Notes under the pieces: model-generated
The model's database searches: none
The model's input: only the letters and a program-made list of their open reading frames with translations
What the model was told of the DNA's origin: nothing
Translations under genes and position numbers: made by a program
Origin: an uncultured Spirochaetales bacterium
GTDB lineage: Bacteria > Spirochaetota > Spirochaetia > SPDA01 > CAZSGZ01
Length of the DNA stretch: 64,000 nt
Assembly (NCBI GenBank): GCA_964458315.1
Contig: CAYWIK010000004.1
Span: 6,019-70,018 of the forward strand
Direction: 5' to 3'
Part shown: positions 29,491 to 39,402 of the stretch, piece after piece
Position numbering within the stretch: the first letter of the stretch is position 1
Layout: each line of letters opens with the position of its first letter

Positions 29491-30151
29491 ACCTTTTCAT
29501 CCGCCTTACATAAGGCCTAATCGCACCTGAGAGTTCGGTCACCCCCAAATCTTCCACCGCCGATACTCCGGAACCAATAAAAACCGGCGCAGTTACTACA
29601 AGCATCCTGTCGACGAAGCCTCCGCGCAAAAAAGCGCTGATTACTTTCCCGCCTCCTTCGACAAAAAGAGTCTCGACATCAGCTGCAGCGAGTTGTTCAA
29701 GGACCGCCGCGATATCCAGCAAACCGTTTTCTACCGGAACCGGTACAATTTTTACGCCCTTCTCTCGAAGCGATGCCGCTTTGGCGCCTTCCTCCTCTCC
29801 CGTCTGCATCTCTTGGGAGGTGAAAACGATTGTTCGGTGAAGATGAGCGGTTTCCGCAATTTGGGAGCCGACTGGAATCCGCAGCCTTGAATCGAGGACG
29901 GCCCTGAGAACAGGGGTGCACCTGCCGATCCTGCACGTCAAAAGCGGGTCGTCCCGCAGCACCGTACCGATACCGACGAGAATCGCGTCATTATTTCTTC
30001 GAAGCTTGTGTGCAAGCTTGAGGGTCGCGCTGCCGGAAATCCATCTGGAATCTCCGCTGATTGTCGCGATTCTGCCGTCGATACTCTGGGCATAACTGAC
30101 CGTTACGTAGGGCTTCATAGACTCGAATTGGAGTATACACGGTTGCCTCAA
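29450..30151 (-). CDS. RibD C-terminal-type reductase domain protein (stand-alone 5-amino-6-ribosylaminouracil reductase-like, DHFR fold)
   Basis: VTVSYAQSIDGRIAT...DAILVGIGTVLRDDPLLTCR matches the RibD reductase domain. No deaminase domain. Overlaps the MDR gene by 41 nt. Confidence 0.75.
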   Translation of the reverse strand: MRQPCILQFESMKPYVTVSYAQSIDGRIATISGDSRWISGSATLKLAHKLRRNNDAILVGIGTVLRDDPLLTCRIGRCTPVLRAVLDSRLRIPVGSQIAETAHLHRTIVFTSQEMQTGEEEGAKAASLREKGVKIVPVPVENGLLDIAAVLEQLAAADVETLFVEGGGKVISAFLRGGFVDRMLVVTAPVFIGSGVSAVEDLGVTELSGAIRPYVRRMKRYGEEFVWDLGFKK

Positions 30152-30177
30152 AAGAGAAAAGTGAGTAGTCTACCTAA

Positions 30178-31308
30178 GTGATCTGTTTGATCAGCTTGTC
30201 GACGGAACAGCATATTACCGGAGGATACCGGTATAATGAAAAGATTGTCAGTGAATTAAACAGGCACTGCGAGATTTTTTACAAAATCGTATCCCGGGAA
30301 ACGACGCGTGCCCCGCGGATTGTCGGAGAAATACCGGACCACTGCAGCCACGTGATATTCGACTCGATCTTTTTTGCCTTTTCGGATTTAGGCAGAGAGC
30401 TCCTCTCTCTTCTTCCCGGTAAAAAAACTATTCTCCTCACCCATTGGCTCCCGTGGATAGAAGAACCGCTGATCGACGCGGAGCTCAAGAAGGCAGGGCT
30501 TTCAGATATTCCTTTTTCCAAAATTCGAGAAGATCAAGAAGCCTTTCTCGGGCTGTTCGATGCCTATATTGCCAACAGCCGCTTTACCGCGGACGAACTG
30601 CTTCGTCGAGGCATTCATCGAAAACAAATGATCATCGCACCGCCGGGGATAGACGAGACCGTACTCGAGATAAGAAAAAAGCGCCGTTACCGTGCAAAAG
30701 GCGGCGCTCCGGGACTGCACTTCCTCTCCGCGGCCCACTGGACACCGGTTAAAGGGGTCCACCGTCTGCTGCCGGCGCTCCATACCCTCTATGGAAAACA
30801 GGCCGTACCGGCGGCGGAACCCGTCCCCTCTACCGGAGCAGCCGCAGGCTCCTCCGCCGCGCGCCGCTGGACCTGGCACAGTGTCGGCGGCCTGTACCGT
30901 GAAACGGCATACGGGCGTTACCTCTTTCAGTCCTTAACCTCCGGCAAATTCAATTTCCCGTATGAACTCCACGGGACGCTTGAACCGGAAGAATGCTGGA
31001 AGCTTCTTGCATCCTGCGACTGCATGCTGGTACCGTCGGTTTTCGAAACCTATGGAATGGCCGCCTCCGAATCAGTTGCCTTAGGTGTGCCGGTGATCGG
31101 ATTCGATACCGGAGGCATTTCGGAAGCGGTAAGGAACGGAACGGACGGCTTTCTTTGCGCGACAGAGGAAGAGTATATTCGGGTATTGGAACAATTGACG
31201 GAAAATCCCGGCCTGTTGGCCGAACTCAACCAAACATGTTATAAGAAACCGGTACAAAAGTGGAAAGAAACGGCAAAACTCATTTACGATTTTCTCGCGA
31301 GACTATAA
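30178..31308 (+). CDS. Glycosyltransferase family 4 (GT-B fold)
   Basis: C-terminal GT1/GT4 motif (LVPSVFETYGMAASESVALGVPVIGFDTGGISE). Confidence 0.75.
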   Translation: MICLISLSTEQHITGGYRYNEKIVSELNRHCEIFYKIVSRETTRAPRIVGEIPDHCSHVIFDSIFFAFSDLGRELLSLLPGKKTILLTHWLPWIEEPLIDAELKKAGLSDIPFSKIREDQEAFLGLFDAYIANSRFTADELLRRGIHRKQMIIAPPGIDETVLEIRKKRRYRAKGGAPGLHFLSAAHWTPVKGVHRLLPALHTLYGKQAVPAAEPVPSTGAAAGSSAARRWTWHSVGGLYRETAYGRYLFQSLTSGKFNFPYELHGTLEPEECWKLLASCDCMLVPSVFETYGMAASESVALGVPVIGFDTGGISEAVRNGTDGFLCATEEEYIRVLEQLTENPGLLAELNQTCYKKPVQKWKETAKLIYDFLARL

Positions 31309-33578
31309 AAGAGCGAAAGCTGCAGCCGGTTCATGCTGCAGTTTCTGCAATCATTCTTCTCTTTTCCGTTGCCCGCCCGGAATACGGCCTCATTTGGTTT
31401 TCAGCATGGGCCCTCTGCTGGTACGGATTGATGTTTATTTTCGTATATCCGGAAGAGATCCGGCGGGTGGCAACCATTATCACGACTTTCCGGTTCCTTT
31501 TATTTGCCGCCGGCGCAATGCTCGGATTATTCCTTCTCCCTGACCGCTCGTTTGTCCCCCTCTTGTTTTTCGCCGCAGCAGGCTTTACCGATTTTTTTGA
31601 CGGCCTGGTGGCGAGGAAGACCGGGGTAACCGATGCAGGCGGTTTTTTTGACGGAGAAACCGACGCCCTTGCGGTTTCCATACTCAGTCTCTATGCCCTC
31701 GGCGCGGGCCATGCTCCTCCGATCGTGCTGCTTGCCGGATTGATGCGGTTTATTTTTTTCTTTCCCCTTAAGCGCTTCGGTAAAATCGAAAGTTCATCGC
31801 GGTACTTCAAATTATACGCGAAGTTTGCATGCGCCGCGGCAGTTGCTCTGCTCGCCGCGTCCAGTGCGCCGATCTGGACAAACCGAACGGCGTTCTGGCT
31901 TCCGACTCTTATCCTGCTCGGTCTCTCTTTTCTCTGGGAACTCATTCTCTCGATTGTAGCAAACCATGAAAAAAGCGCCGGAAAACCTGAAATTATCGGC
32001 ATTGCGGCCCTCGTTGTTCTGTATGCAGGTTTAGGCACGTACCGGTGGGTCCCCGAGTATAATTGGCGGTTTATTTTTTTTCCGACCCTCGAGTTTATCG
32101 CGATTATCGTTATTCTGAATTATACCTCCCGGCTTTCGAAGGGAGTGCGGAAGGTTGTACTCATTCCGGTCTCCATTTTAACTGGCGCCGCTTTGCTCTT
32201 CAGTATGGCGGAAGCGTTTATGCGGCACACATTCAGTCAGCCTTTTATCCTTCGCGCCGATATCCCATATCTAAAACCCCTCATAGAAATGACGGTTGGA
32301 AACGGGATATCAAACACAGCTCTTGCAGCCGGGGTTTTCCTCATCGTGCTTTTTTCCGCTGCCGCTGCATACTGGGTCCTTCGGAGAGGGCTTTCTTTCT
32401 CTGCCCGGAACCCTCGTACCGCCGCCGTCCTCCCCCTCATCCTCATCCCGGCCGCATTGATCGTTACCGGAGATTCTCCGTTATATGTACGGATGATTGC
32501 ACAGATACAAAAACCCAAACCGATAATAAACCCCGTTGAACCGATACCGGAAACGTTTCCCGCCGAAAGAAAACCCGAAGAAACCTATTCACTCCCCGGG
32601 ATAAAAGATGCACACATTCTTTTCGGTATTGTTGAATCCTACGGCAACACGGTGTTCTCCTTGCCGGAACACAGGCGGAGGGTGGAAGATTTTTTCCGCG
32701 AATATGAAGCTGTCTTTGACCGCGCGGGCGTCTTTTACGCATCGGCCCTCCTCGACAGCCCGACTACGGGAGGAAGGTCGTGGCTGGCGGAAGGCACCCT
32801 GCTCTCCGGTATCCGGCTGGAGAATCAGGCGGAATATGATCAATTTTTAAAAAGCGATTCCTATTCCCTCCTTACCTTTCTCGAATCTTTCGGCTATTAC
32901 ACAGTGCTGGCAGCACCGGGCACCACCTATCTATCGGATGAATGGACCTCCGCGTTTCACTTCGATGAATTTCTCATCAACGGTGATTTCGGGTATAACG
33001 GCCCGGTTCTTTCCTTCGGCACGATGCCGGACCAGTATCTCATGAACTTCGTCCGTTCCTACATAGACGGCCGTGACAGTCCACAGCCTCTCTTCCTGCA
33101 AGTCCTCCTCACCACGAGCCATACTCCCTTTGATATTGTCCCCGCGTATATCGATAACTGGTCGAATTTAGGCGACGGTATGGTCTATAACGAGCTGGAA
33201 CACCGGTACTACGACAACGGCTGGCTGCGGGGGAGTGAATATCCGGAAGGGTATACCGATTCGATCAAATATTCCCTCAAAGCGGCGGCCGACTACATAC
33301 TGCAGTTTATGGAAGAAGGGGAAATTGTTTTTGTGCTCGGAGATCATCAGCCCAGACTGCCGGTCCGTGAAACCGGCGCGGGCTCGGAAGTTCCATTGCA
33401 TCTGTTCGCGAAAGAGATGGAGCTTCTTAAGCCGTGGCTCGAAGCAGGATTTACTCAGGAACTCCTTCTATCGGCGGAAGCTCCGATTTTCGGGATGGAG
33501 GCCCTTTTTCCTCTGTTTCGTGAAGTTGCAGTCGGAAACAAAGCAGCCGGCGCTATGGACGGGCTCGTTCCAAAATAA
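31260..33578 (+). CDS. Fusion membrane protein: N-terminal CDP-alcohol phosphatidyltransferase, polytopic TM region, and C-terminal alkaline-phosphatase-superfamily (LtaS/phosphoethanolamine-transferase/sulfatase-like) domain
   Basis: CDP-OH-P-transferase motif DFFDGLVARKTGVTDAGGFFDGETDAL (D-G-x2-A-R...G-x3-D-x3-D). About 8 further TM helices. C-terminal IVESYGNT, TTSHTPFD and VLGDHQP motifs resemble the LtaS/EptA/sulfatase catalytic core. Overlaps the GT4 gene by 49 nt. Confidence 0.6.
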   Translation: MERNGKTHLRFSRETIKERKLQPVHAAVSAIILLFSVARPEYGLIWFSAWALCWYGLMFIFVYPEEIRRVATIITTFRFLLFAAGAMLGLFLLPDRSFVPLLFFAAAGFTDFFDGLVARKTGVTDAGGFFDGETDALAVSILSLYALGAGHAPPIVLLAGLMRFIFFFPLKRFGKIESSSRYFKLYAKFACAAAVALLAASSAPIWTNRTAFWLPTLILLGLSFLWELILSIVANHEKSAGKPEIIGIAALVVLYAGLGTYRWVPEYNWRFIFFPTLEFIAIIVILNYTSRLSKGVRKVVLIPVSILTGAALLFSMAEAFMRHTFSQPFILRADIPYLKPLIEMTVGNGISNTALAAGVFLIVLFSAAAAYWVLRRGLSFSARNPRTAAVLPLILIPAALIVTGDSPLYVRMIAQIQKPKPIINPVEPIPETFPAERKPEETYSLPGIKDAHILFGIVESYGNTVFSLPEHRRRVEDFFREYEAVFDRAGVFYASALLDSPTTGGRSWLAEGTLLSGIRLENQAEYDQFLKSDSYSLLTFLESFGYYTVLAAPGTTYLSDEWTSAFHFDEFLINGDFGYNGPVLSFGTMPDQYLMNFVRSYIDGRDSPQPLFLQVLLTTSHTPFDIVPAYIDNWSNLGDGMVYNELEHRYYDNGWLRGSEYPEGYTDSIKYSLKAAADYILQFMEEGEIVFVLGDHQPRLPVRETGAGSEVPLHLFAKEMELLKPWLEAGFTQELLLSAEAPIFGMEALFPLFREVAVGNKAAGAMDGLVPK

Positions 33579-34440
33579 TAAACCGGTAGCCCAGATTTCC
33601 CTCCAGCAGAAGCCGCTGCAGGGCGTTTCCTCCTAAAAGATTGCCGAAATAAGGCCGTTTCGGCCCGATAATGCGCAGAAAAGGAATAATAAATCGTATC
33701 AGTCGGTCCCTCGGCCGGCTCAGTTCGAGCATCGAGGTAAAATCGCTCTGTTCTTTTATTTGAAAAAAATGTTTTTCTGCCAGCCGGAGCAAACGGTCCG
33801 GACCCATGGCATTGACCGCTCTCCAGCCCGAAATAAACTCCTTTAAAAAACGTTTTTGTCTGCCGTGCTGCGGCTGCCGCACGATAAAATCATCACAAAT
33901 AACCAGGAGGTCTCCGGGCATTGTCGCTTCCTCTAAGACCGTAAAAAATCTTTTTGGGTCCGGACAGTGAATAAACGATTCCACGGCGAAAAACAGAGAA
34001 GGAGATTCACTTTTTTTTCTCGGAACACCGACGGACCTATAGAAATTCCGATCTAAATAAGATCCGGTATACAGAGAAGCATGAAGACCTAACGAGTTAA
34101 TCAGCCGCTCTCCCCATTCCTTTTGGACGGAGCTTATGGTAATTCCAAAATATGACGCGGCGGGATAAAATTGTTCCATATAAATGAGAGAGCCTCCGCA
34201 ACCGCATCCAAGGTCTACAAACCTTCCTGTATTGTTTTCTTTCGCCGTTTTTAGAATACATTCATCAACAAAATGCATTGCACCGCTGCGGTCTGTGACC
34301 CCGGGGCCCCACACAGCCCGATGAATGGACAAATCTGCTCCACCGTGTCCAAAACGTAAGAATTTTTTCGTATTTCTGTCGTAATATTCGGTTACCGCCC
34401 CTGCCGCATCATTCAAAACAGATCCCCTCTGTCCGCTCAT
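33553..34440 (-). CDS. Class I SAM-dependent methyltransferase
   Basis: Motif I VDLGCGCGGSLIYM and downstream motifs II/III. Confidence 0.65.
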   Translation of the reverse strand: MSGQRGSVLNDAAGAVTEYYDRNTKKFLRFGHGGADLSIHRAVWGPGVTDRSGAMHFVDECILKTAKENNTGRFVDLGCGCGGSLIYMEQFYPAASYFGITISSVQKEWGERLINSLGLHASLYTGSYLDRNFYRSVGVPRKKSESPSLFFAVESFIHCPDPKRFFTVLEEATMPGDLLVICDDFIVRQPQHGRQKRFLKEFISGWRAVNAMGPDRLLRLAEKHFFQIKEQSDFTSMLELSRPRDRLIRFIIPFLRIIGPKRPYFGNLLGGNALQRLLLEGNLGYRFIILERARP

Positions 34441-34473
34441 GTTAAAATAAAGTTAAGAAAAATAAAATAGCGT

Positions 34474-35151
34474 TTGACTTCTTTTATGAGGAATTTTATT
34501 ATGTTTTCAATGCGCAAAACAGAGGATTGTGACGATTATTTATTGGACCAGCGGCTTGTTCAAGGGAAGCTGGTAAACTTAGTCGCCCACGCTCACCTTC
34601 CTACCAAGTACGGAATGTTTGAAATCTACGGTTTCGAAGATAAACAAACCGGAAAAGAGCATACCGCTATTGTGGCCGGTGATGTGAAGGGATCCGAAAA
34701 TTGTCCCTTGCGCATACATTCCCAATGCCACACCGGAGATGTTCTTGGGTCCCTTCGCTGCGACTGTCATGAACAATTGAATAAAGCCCTCGAGTTTATC
34801 GGGAAAGAGGGTTTAGGCGCGGTGCTCTATATGAAACAGGAAGGAAGGGGCATCGGACTTGTCAATAAGATTCGGGCATATCATCTCCAGGATTTAGGAC
34901 TGGATACGGTGGAAGCCAATGTGTGCCTCGGATTTCCGGTGGATGCAAGAGATTTCAAGGCGGCGGCGGAAATCATCAATATCCTGGGAATAAAATCTGT
35001 CGCCCTGATGACAAACAACCCGGTAAAAATTGACGAATTGAATAAACTCGGCGTACCGGTAACGGAACGTATTCCAATCATCGGTTCTACGAACGAACAT
35101 AACAAACGCTACCTGGACACCAAGAAAGCAAAACTGGGGCATCTTTCATAG
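34474..35151 (+). CDS. ribA: GTP cyclohydrolase II
   Basis: Zinc-binding CxxC..C (RIHSQCHTGDVLGSLRCDCHEQ) and catalytic region KQEGRGIGLVNKIRAY...G.D.R. Confidence 0.85.
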   Translation: MTSFMRNFIMFSMRKTEDCDDYLLDQRLVQGKLVNLVAHAHLPTKYGMFEIYGFEDKQTGKEHTAIVAGDVKGSENCPLRIHSQCHTGDVLGSLRCDCHEQLNKALEFIGKEGLGAVLYMKQEGRGIGLVNKIRAYHLQDLGLDTVEANVCLGFPVDARDFKAAAEIINILGIKSVALMTNNPVKIDELNKLGVPVTERIPIIGSTNEHNKRYLDTKKAKLGHLS

Positions 35152-35194
35152 AAATTATTGAAAAAACATGCGATAATAATTTAGAGGTTTAGTC

Positions 35195-36043
35195 ATGAAT
35201 GTGTATACTCTAAAACAGCGCCCTTTTTCATTGTCGAATGACGGCAATTTGGAACTTTTCTTTATCGGTGTGGGGAGCGCCTTTACAAAACGAAAATATC
35301 AAACCAACCTTCTTATTATAAAAGGGAACGATCATTTGCTTGTAGACTGCGGCACCAAGTGCCCCCAGGCTTTTTTTGAGTTAGGAACACCGGTAACGGA
35401 AGTTCGGAACCTGCTCATTACCCACAGCCACGCGGACCACATCGGCGGCCTGGAGGAGGTAGCTCTCCTCGGCAGATATATGACCAAACAGAAGCCGGTA
35501 ATGGTCGTCAACGAAACGTACCAGCATATTCTCTGGGACATGTCGCTTCGGGGAGGGTCCGCCTACAACGAAGACGATGCCGGCGATATTTTAGGGTTCC
35601 ACGATTTTTTCGATATTATCAGGCCGCACTGGCTTCCTAATTATCCGAGGGAAACCTTCTCCGCGGAAATTGGTTCAATTTTTATCAAAATGGTACGCAC
35701 GATGCACATTCCGGACTCTTCCTGGGATTGGCAGAGTTCTTTCTGGAGCTGCGGAATCGTCATCGACAACCGGGTCCTTTTTACCAGCGACACGCGGTAC
35801 GATCCCGAATTGGTCCTTTCTTTTGACGAAATGTTCGATTTCGAAGCAATTTTCCACGATTGCCAGTTTTTTACCGGCGGTGTCCATGCATCGATCGAAG
35901 AGTTGAAGGAGCTCTCTCCAAAGATCAAGAAAAAGATGTATTTGACCCATTACGGAGACAACTGGGAAGATTTTGAGGACAAAGTACGGGACTACGGGTT
36001 CGGCGGCCTTGCCGACCAGCATATCCACTATGTATTCGAATGA
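35195..36043 (+). CDS. MBL-fold metallo-hydrolase
   Basis: HxHxDH motif (ITHSHADHIGG). Confidence 0.7.
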   Translation: MNVYTLKQRPFSLSNDGNLELFFIGVGSAFTKRKYQTNLLIIKGNDHLLVDCGTKCPQAFFELGTPVTEVRNLLITHSHADHIGGLEEVALLGRYMTKQKPVMVVNETYQHILWDMSLRGGSAYNEDDAGDILGFHDFFDIIRPHWLPNYPRETFSAEIGSIFIKMVRTMHIPDSSWDWQSSFWSCGIVIDNRVLFTSDTRYDPELVLSFDEMFDFEAIFHDCQFFTGGVHASIEELKELSPKIKKKMYLTHYGDNWEDFEDKVRDYGFGGLADQHIHYVFE

Positions 36044-36045
36044 GT

Positions 36046-37878
36046 TTAATCCAGCAGCCGCACCGCGCCCTTGTCCGCCGACGCCGCGTGAAGCGCGTAG
36101 GCCCGAAGGGCCTTGGAAACGGAACGTTTCCGCGTCGGCGGCGTGAAAGCGGCTTCCCCGCGGGCGTGCTCCTCCTTACGCCGATTTTCGAGCTCCTCAT
36201 CGGTGAGGCGTACAGCGAGCTTCCGCGCCCGGATGTCGATATCGATTATGTCTCCGGTGCGCACGAGGGCGAGCTCGCCGCCTCCGGCCGCTTCCGGGGA
36301 AATATGACCGATGGATAGACCGGAGGTGCCGCCGGAAAAACGCCCGTCTGTAAGCAGGGCGCATTCTTGGCCGAGATGCCTCGATTTCAGATAAGAAGTC
36401 GGATACAGCATCTCCTGCATACCCGGCCCGCCTTTCGGTCCTTCGTAGGCAATCACCACCACTTCTCCGGACCGTACTTCACCGTTTAAGATCCCGTCGC
36501 AGGCGGCCTCCTGGGAGTCGTACACCCGCGCTGGACCGGAAAAGGTGAACACCCTTTCATCGACCCCTGCGGTTTTAACGATAGAACCGCTTTTTGCGAT
36601 GTTTCCGTACAAAACCGCAAGGCCGCCCTCCGGATTGTAGCAATGCGCTATGTCCCGAATACAGCCGTTTTCCCGGTCCAGGTCAAGATCATCGTAACTG
36701 TTGGATTGGGAGCCTAATTCGAGGTTTCTTCCCTTGCCGCCCGGCGCGCTTTTATACAGGGAAACCGCGTCCGCGGTTACTGTAGGCCGCCGGATGTCGT
36801 ATTCCGCGATCGCCTGCCCCAGGGTCAAACCGTCTACCCGCTTTACATCGAGGTCGAGGAGTCCTTTCCGTTCGAGTTCTCCTAATATCGAATGAATTCC
36901 TCCGGCCCTGTTTACATCTTCTACATGATAGTGAGAACTCGGCGCTACTTTGCAGATATTCGGGACCTTCTTTGACAGCTCATTGATGTCCCCCATGGAA
37001 AAATCCACTTCCCCTTCCTTTGCCACCGCAAGGAGATGAAGCACCGTGTTGGTCGAACCGCCCATTGCAATGTCTAAAGACATGGCATTGAGAAAGGCTT
37101 CTCGCGTTGCAATGGAACGGGGCAGTACGGTTGTGTCTCCCTTTTCATAATATGCCTCGGTCATTTCGACGATCTTTTCGGCCGCCCTTTCGAACAGTTT
37201 CTTCCTGTTTTCGTGGGTTGCAATGACCGTGCCGTTTCCGGGCAGCGCGAGACCGATAGCCTCGTTCAAGCAGTTCATCGAATTCGCGGTAAACATCCCG
37301 GAACAGCATCCGCAGGTTGGACAGGCCGCCTCCTCGAGCTGCTCTATTTTTTCATCCGGCACCGAGGGGTCCGCACTCATGACCATCGCATCGATGAGGT
37401 CGTACTTGTCCCCGCCGAGCACCCCCGCTTCCATGGGGCCGCCTGAAACAAAAATCGTCGGGATGTTGAGACGCACGGCAGCCATCAGCATTCCCGGTGT
37501 TATTTTATCGCAATTGCTGATGCAGACGAGGGCATCCACTTTATGGGCATTGGCCATATATTCTACGCTGTCGGCTATCAGCTCCCGCGAAGGGAGGGAG
37601 TAGAGCATCCCGTCATGTCCCATGGCGATTCCGTCGTCGATCGCGATGGTATTGAACTCGGCGGCAAACCATCCTTTCTTTCCGATCAGGCTTTTTACAT
37701 CTTGCCCCGCTTCGTGAAGATGTACGTGTCCCGGCACGAACTGGGTAAAAGAGTTTGCAATGCCGATGACCGGCTTGCCGAACTGTTCCGGTTTCATGCC
37801 GTTCGCACGCCAGAGGCTTCTGGCGCCCGCCATTCTCCTGCCTTCCTGTGTCTGCATGCTGCGCAGTTTGTTTTTCAT
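36046..37878 (-). CDS. ilvD: Dihydroxy-acid dehydratase
   Basis: N-terminus [39 protein letters not shown] and the Fe-S Cys ligands. Length 610 aa. Confidence 0.92.
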   Translation of the reverse strand: MKNKLRSMQTQEGRRMAGARSLWRANGMKPEQFGKPVIGIANSFTQFVPGHVHLHEAGQDVKSLIGKKGWFAAEFNTIAIDDGIAMGHDGMLYSLPSRELIADSVEYMANAHKVDALVCISNCDKITPGMLMAAVRLNIPTIFVSGGPMEAGVLGGDKYDLIDAMVMSADPSVPDEKIEQLEEAACPTCGCCSGMFTANSMNCLNEAIGLALPGNGTVIATHENRKKLFERAAEKIVEMTEAYYEKGDTTVLPRSIATREAFLNAMSLDIAMGGSTNTVLHLLAVAKEGEVDFSMGDINELSKKVPNICKVAPSSHYHVEDVNRAGGIHSILGELERKGLLDLDVKRVDGLTLGQAIAEYDIRRPTVTADAVSLYKSAPGGKGRNLELGSQSNSYDDLDLDRENGCIRDIAHCYNPEGGLAVLYGNIAKSGSIVKTAGVDERVFTFSGPARVYDSQEAACDGILNGEVRSGEVVVIAYEGPKGGPGMQEMLYPTSYLKSRHLGQECALLTDGRFSGGTSGLSIGHISPEAAGGGELALVRTGDIIDIDIRARKLAVRLTDEELENRRKEEHARGEAAFTPPTRKRSVSKALRAYALHAASADKGAVRLLD

Positions 37879-37998
37879 GAAAAGCTCCTTATCGCTACCC
37901 TACATGATTTCTTCTCTTCTTTTCAATATCGGGATTGCAGGAAAAGCGGTCTCACCGTAATATAGGGAGAAGGGAGAAAGAAGAAAGGAGGAACAGCA

Positions 37999-38307
37999 AT
38001 GATTGTCCGCGGTATTACGGTTTATGTAAAAAAAGAATCGATCGAAGCTTTTAAACAGGCAACAACGGAAAACCGGAATGGATCGATCGAGGAACCCGGT
38101 ATTCTCCGGTTCGATGTCCTCCAGTCGTCGGAGGATCCTTCAGAATTTTATCTTTACGAAGTTTATACGGACGAAACCGCTCCCGGTGCCCACAAGGAAA
38201 CGTCTCATTATAAAAAGTGGAAAGCAGCGGTGGAGCCGATGATGGCGGGTCCCCGGGAAGCGAAAGCCTACATCCCTGTCGCCCCTGAAGATAAAAGCGG
38301 CTGGTAG
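37999..38307 (+). CDS. Antibiotic biosynthesis monooxygenase (ABM/Dabb) domain protein
   Basis: ~100 aa ferredoxin-like ABM pattern (ILRFDVLQSSEDPSEFYLYEVYTDETA...H). Confidence 0.6.
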   Translation: MIVRGITVYVKKESIEAFKQATTENRNGSIEEPGILRFDVLQSSEDPSEFYLYEVYTDETAPGAHKETSHYKKWKAAVEPMMAGPREAKAYIPVAPEDKSGW

Positions 38308-38340
38308 ACCGGCGGCCGAAAAAATTACCGGGCAGCTTCC

Positions 38341-39390
38341 CTAGCTTTCCGGAATCAGCACGGTAATGCACGGTTCGAGGATGCTCAATTTTACCGGAAA
38401 ATCGTGCTTGTGGAGCCAAAGCACTTCGCCGTCATATTGAAACGGAATGGTTCCGTCATAAAAGAGGGTAATCTCCTGTGCGGAAAAGAGCTCGGTCTCC
38501 GGTTCTCCCCCGTGAACGCCTTTGTATAACAGGTCCTTAAACGCAAACTTTCTTCCAAGCTTCATCGGATAGACTGCGCATACATTTTCTTTCCCCGGGA
38601 GGACCTGTTTCCCCCCTCCGTAGGAACGGCCGCCGGACACGCCGATTGCCGTGAAAAGGGCCAGCTGCCGGTATTCTTTCGGTTTCCCCGAATCATCGAT
38701 GTATTCCATCCGGAAGGGAAGGAGATCCACCCGCCGTTCGTAAAACAGCGCGGCGATATCCACCATGAAGGTATAAAAAGAACCGGGGATCATCTTTTTT
38801 AACTTATTCGTTTGATCGGTGACCCATGCATCGAGGCCAAAGCTTGCAATATTTGTCGCATAAATTATTCTGCCGTCGGCAAATTCGATTTTTAACAGGG
38901 GGATTTTTTTTGTCGTACAAGACCCGGAAAATATTTGAAAGGCATGGGACATGCTGCGCGCGTCCAGGCCGTCGTTTCCCGTTCCAAAGGGCAGGCGGAA
39001 CAAAACGTTGCGGCCCTGCAGTCCGGGGTTTTCGAGCTCATATTCTTTGATTGCATGAGCTGCCTCGGTCCCCGTTCCGTCTCCCCCGGTAGTAATGAAC
39101 AGAAGCCTGCACCCCTCGCCGCACGCGTAAAGGGAGTCTTCCACAATCCGGCCGCAGTCACCGGGGGCCGCGGTCAGTTGGATTTGGATATTTTCCTGTA
39201 CCGGCTTCTTTTCATCCGCGTTTCTTTCCTTCCACTCGGTAAGCTCCTTAACAGCGCCGGAAATCATCTTCTGCTGCCTGAAACCTCCTGCCGCGGGATT
39301 GGCAATAATGTGGACTTCGTCGAACGGCGCCGTGCAAGGACTCGAGGAGAAAAAATCTTTCAATAAACTAAGAAAATAATCTCGTTTCAT
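38341..39390 (-). CDS. Diacylglycerol kinase catalytic-domain lipid kinase (YegS/BmrU family)
   Basis: IIANPAAGG and the GGDGT motif (FITTGGDGTGTEAAHAI). Confidence 0.7.
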   Translation of the reverse strand: MKRDYFLSLLKDFFSSSPCTAPFDEVHIIANPAAGGFRQQKMISGAVKELTEWKERNADEKKPVQENIQIQLTAAPGDCGRIVEDSLYACGEGCRLLFITTGGDGTGTEAAHAIKEYELENPGLQGRNVLFRLPFGTGNDGLDARSMSHAFQIFSGSCTTKKIPLLKIEFADGRIIYATNIASFGLDAWVTDQTNKLKKMIPGSFYTFMVDIAALFYERRVDLLPFRMEYIDDSGKPKEYRQLALFTAIGVSGGRSYGGGKQVLPGKENVCAVYPMKLGRKFAFKDLLYKGVHGGEPETELFSAQEITLFYDGTIPFQYDGEVLWLHKHDFPVKLSILEPCITVLIPES

Positions 39391-39402
39391 CTTACCGTAA
39401 AA

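Noticed and set aside
37879-37998. 120-bp leader between ilvD and the ABM gene checked for a T-box or attenuator structure.
   Set aside because: No specifier-loop or T-box consensus (AATTAGGGTGGNACCGCG-like) and no run of branched-chain codons was recognisable. It is probably a plain divergent promoter region.
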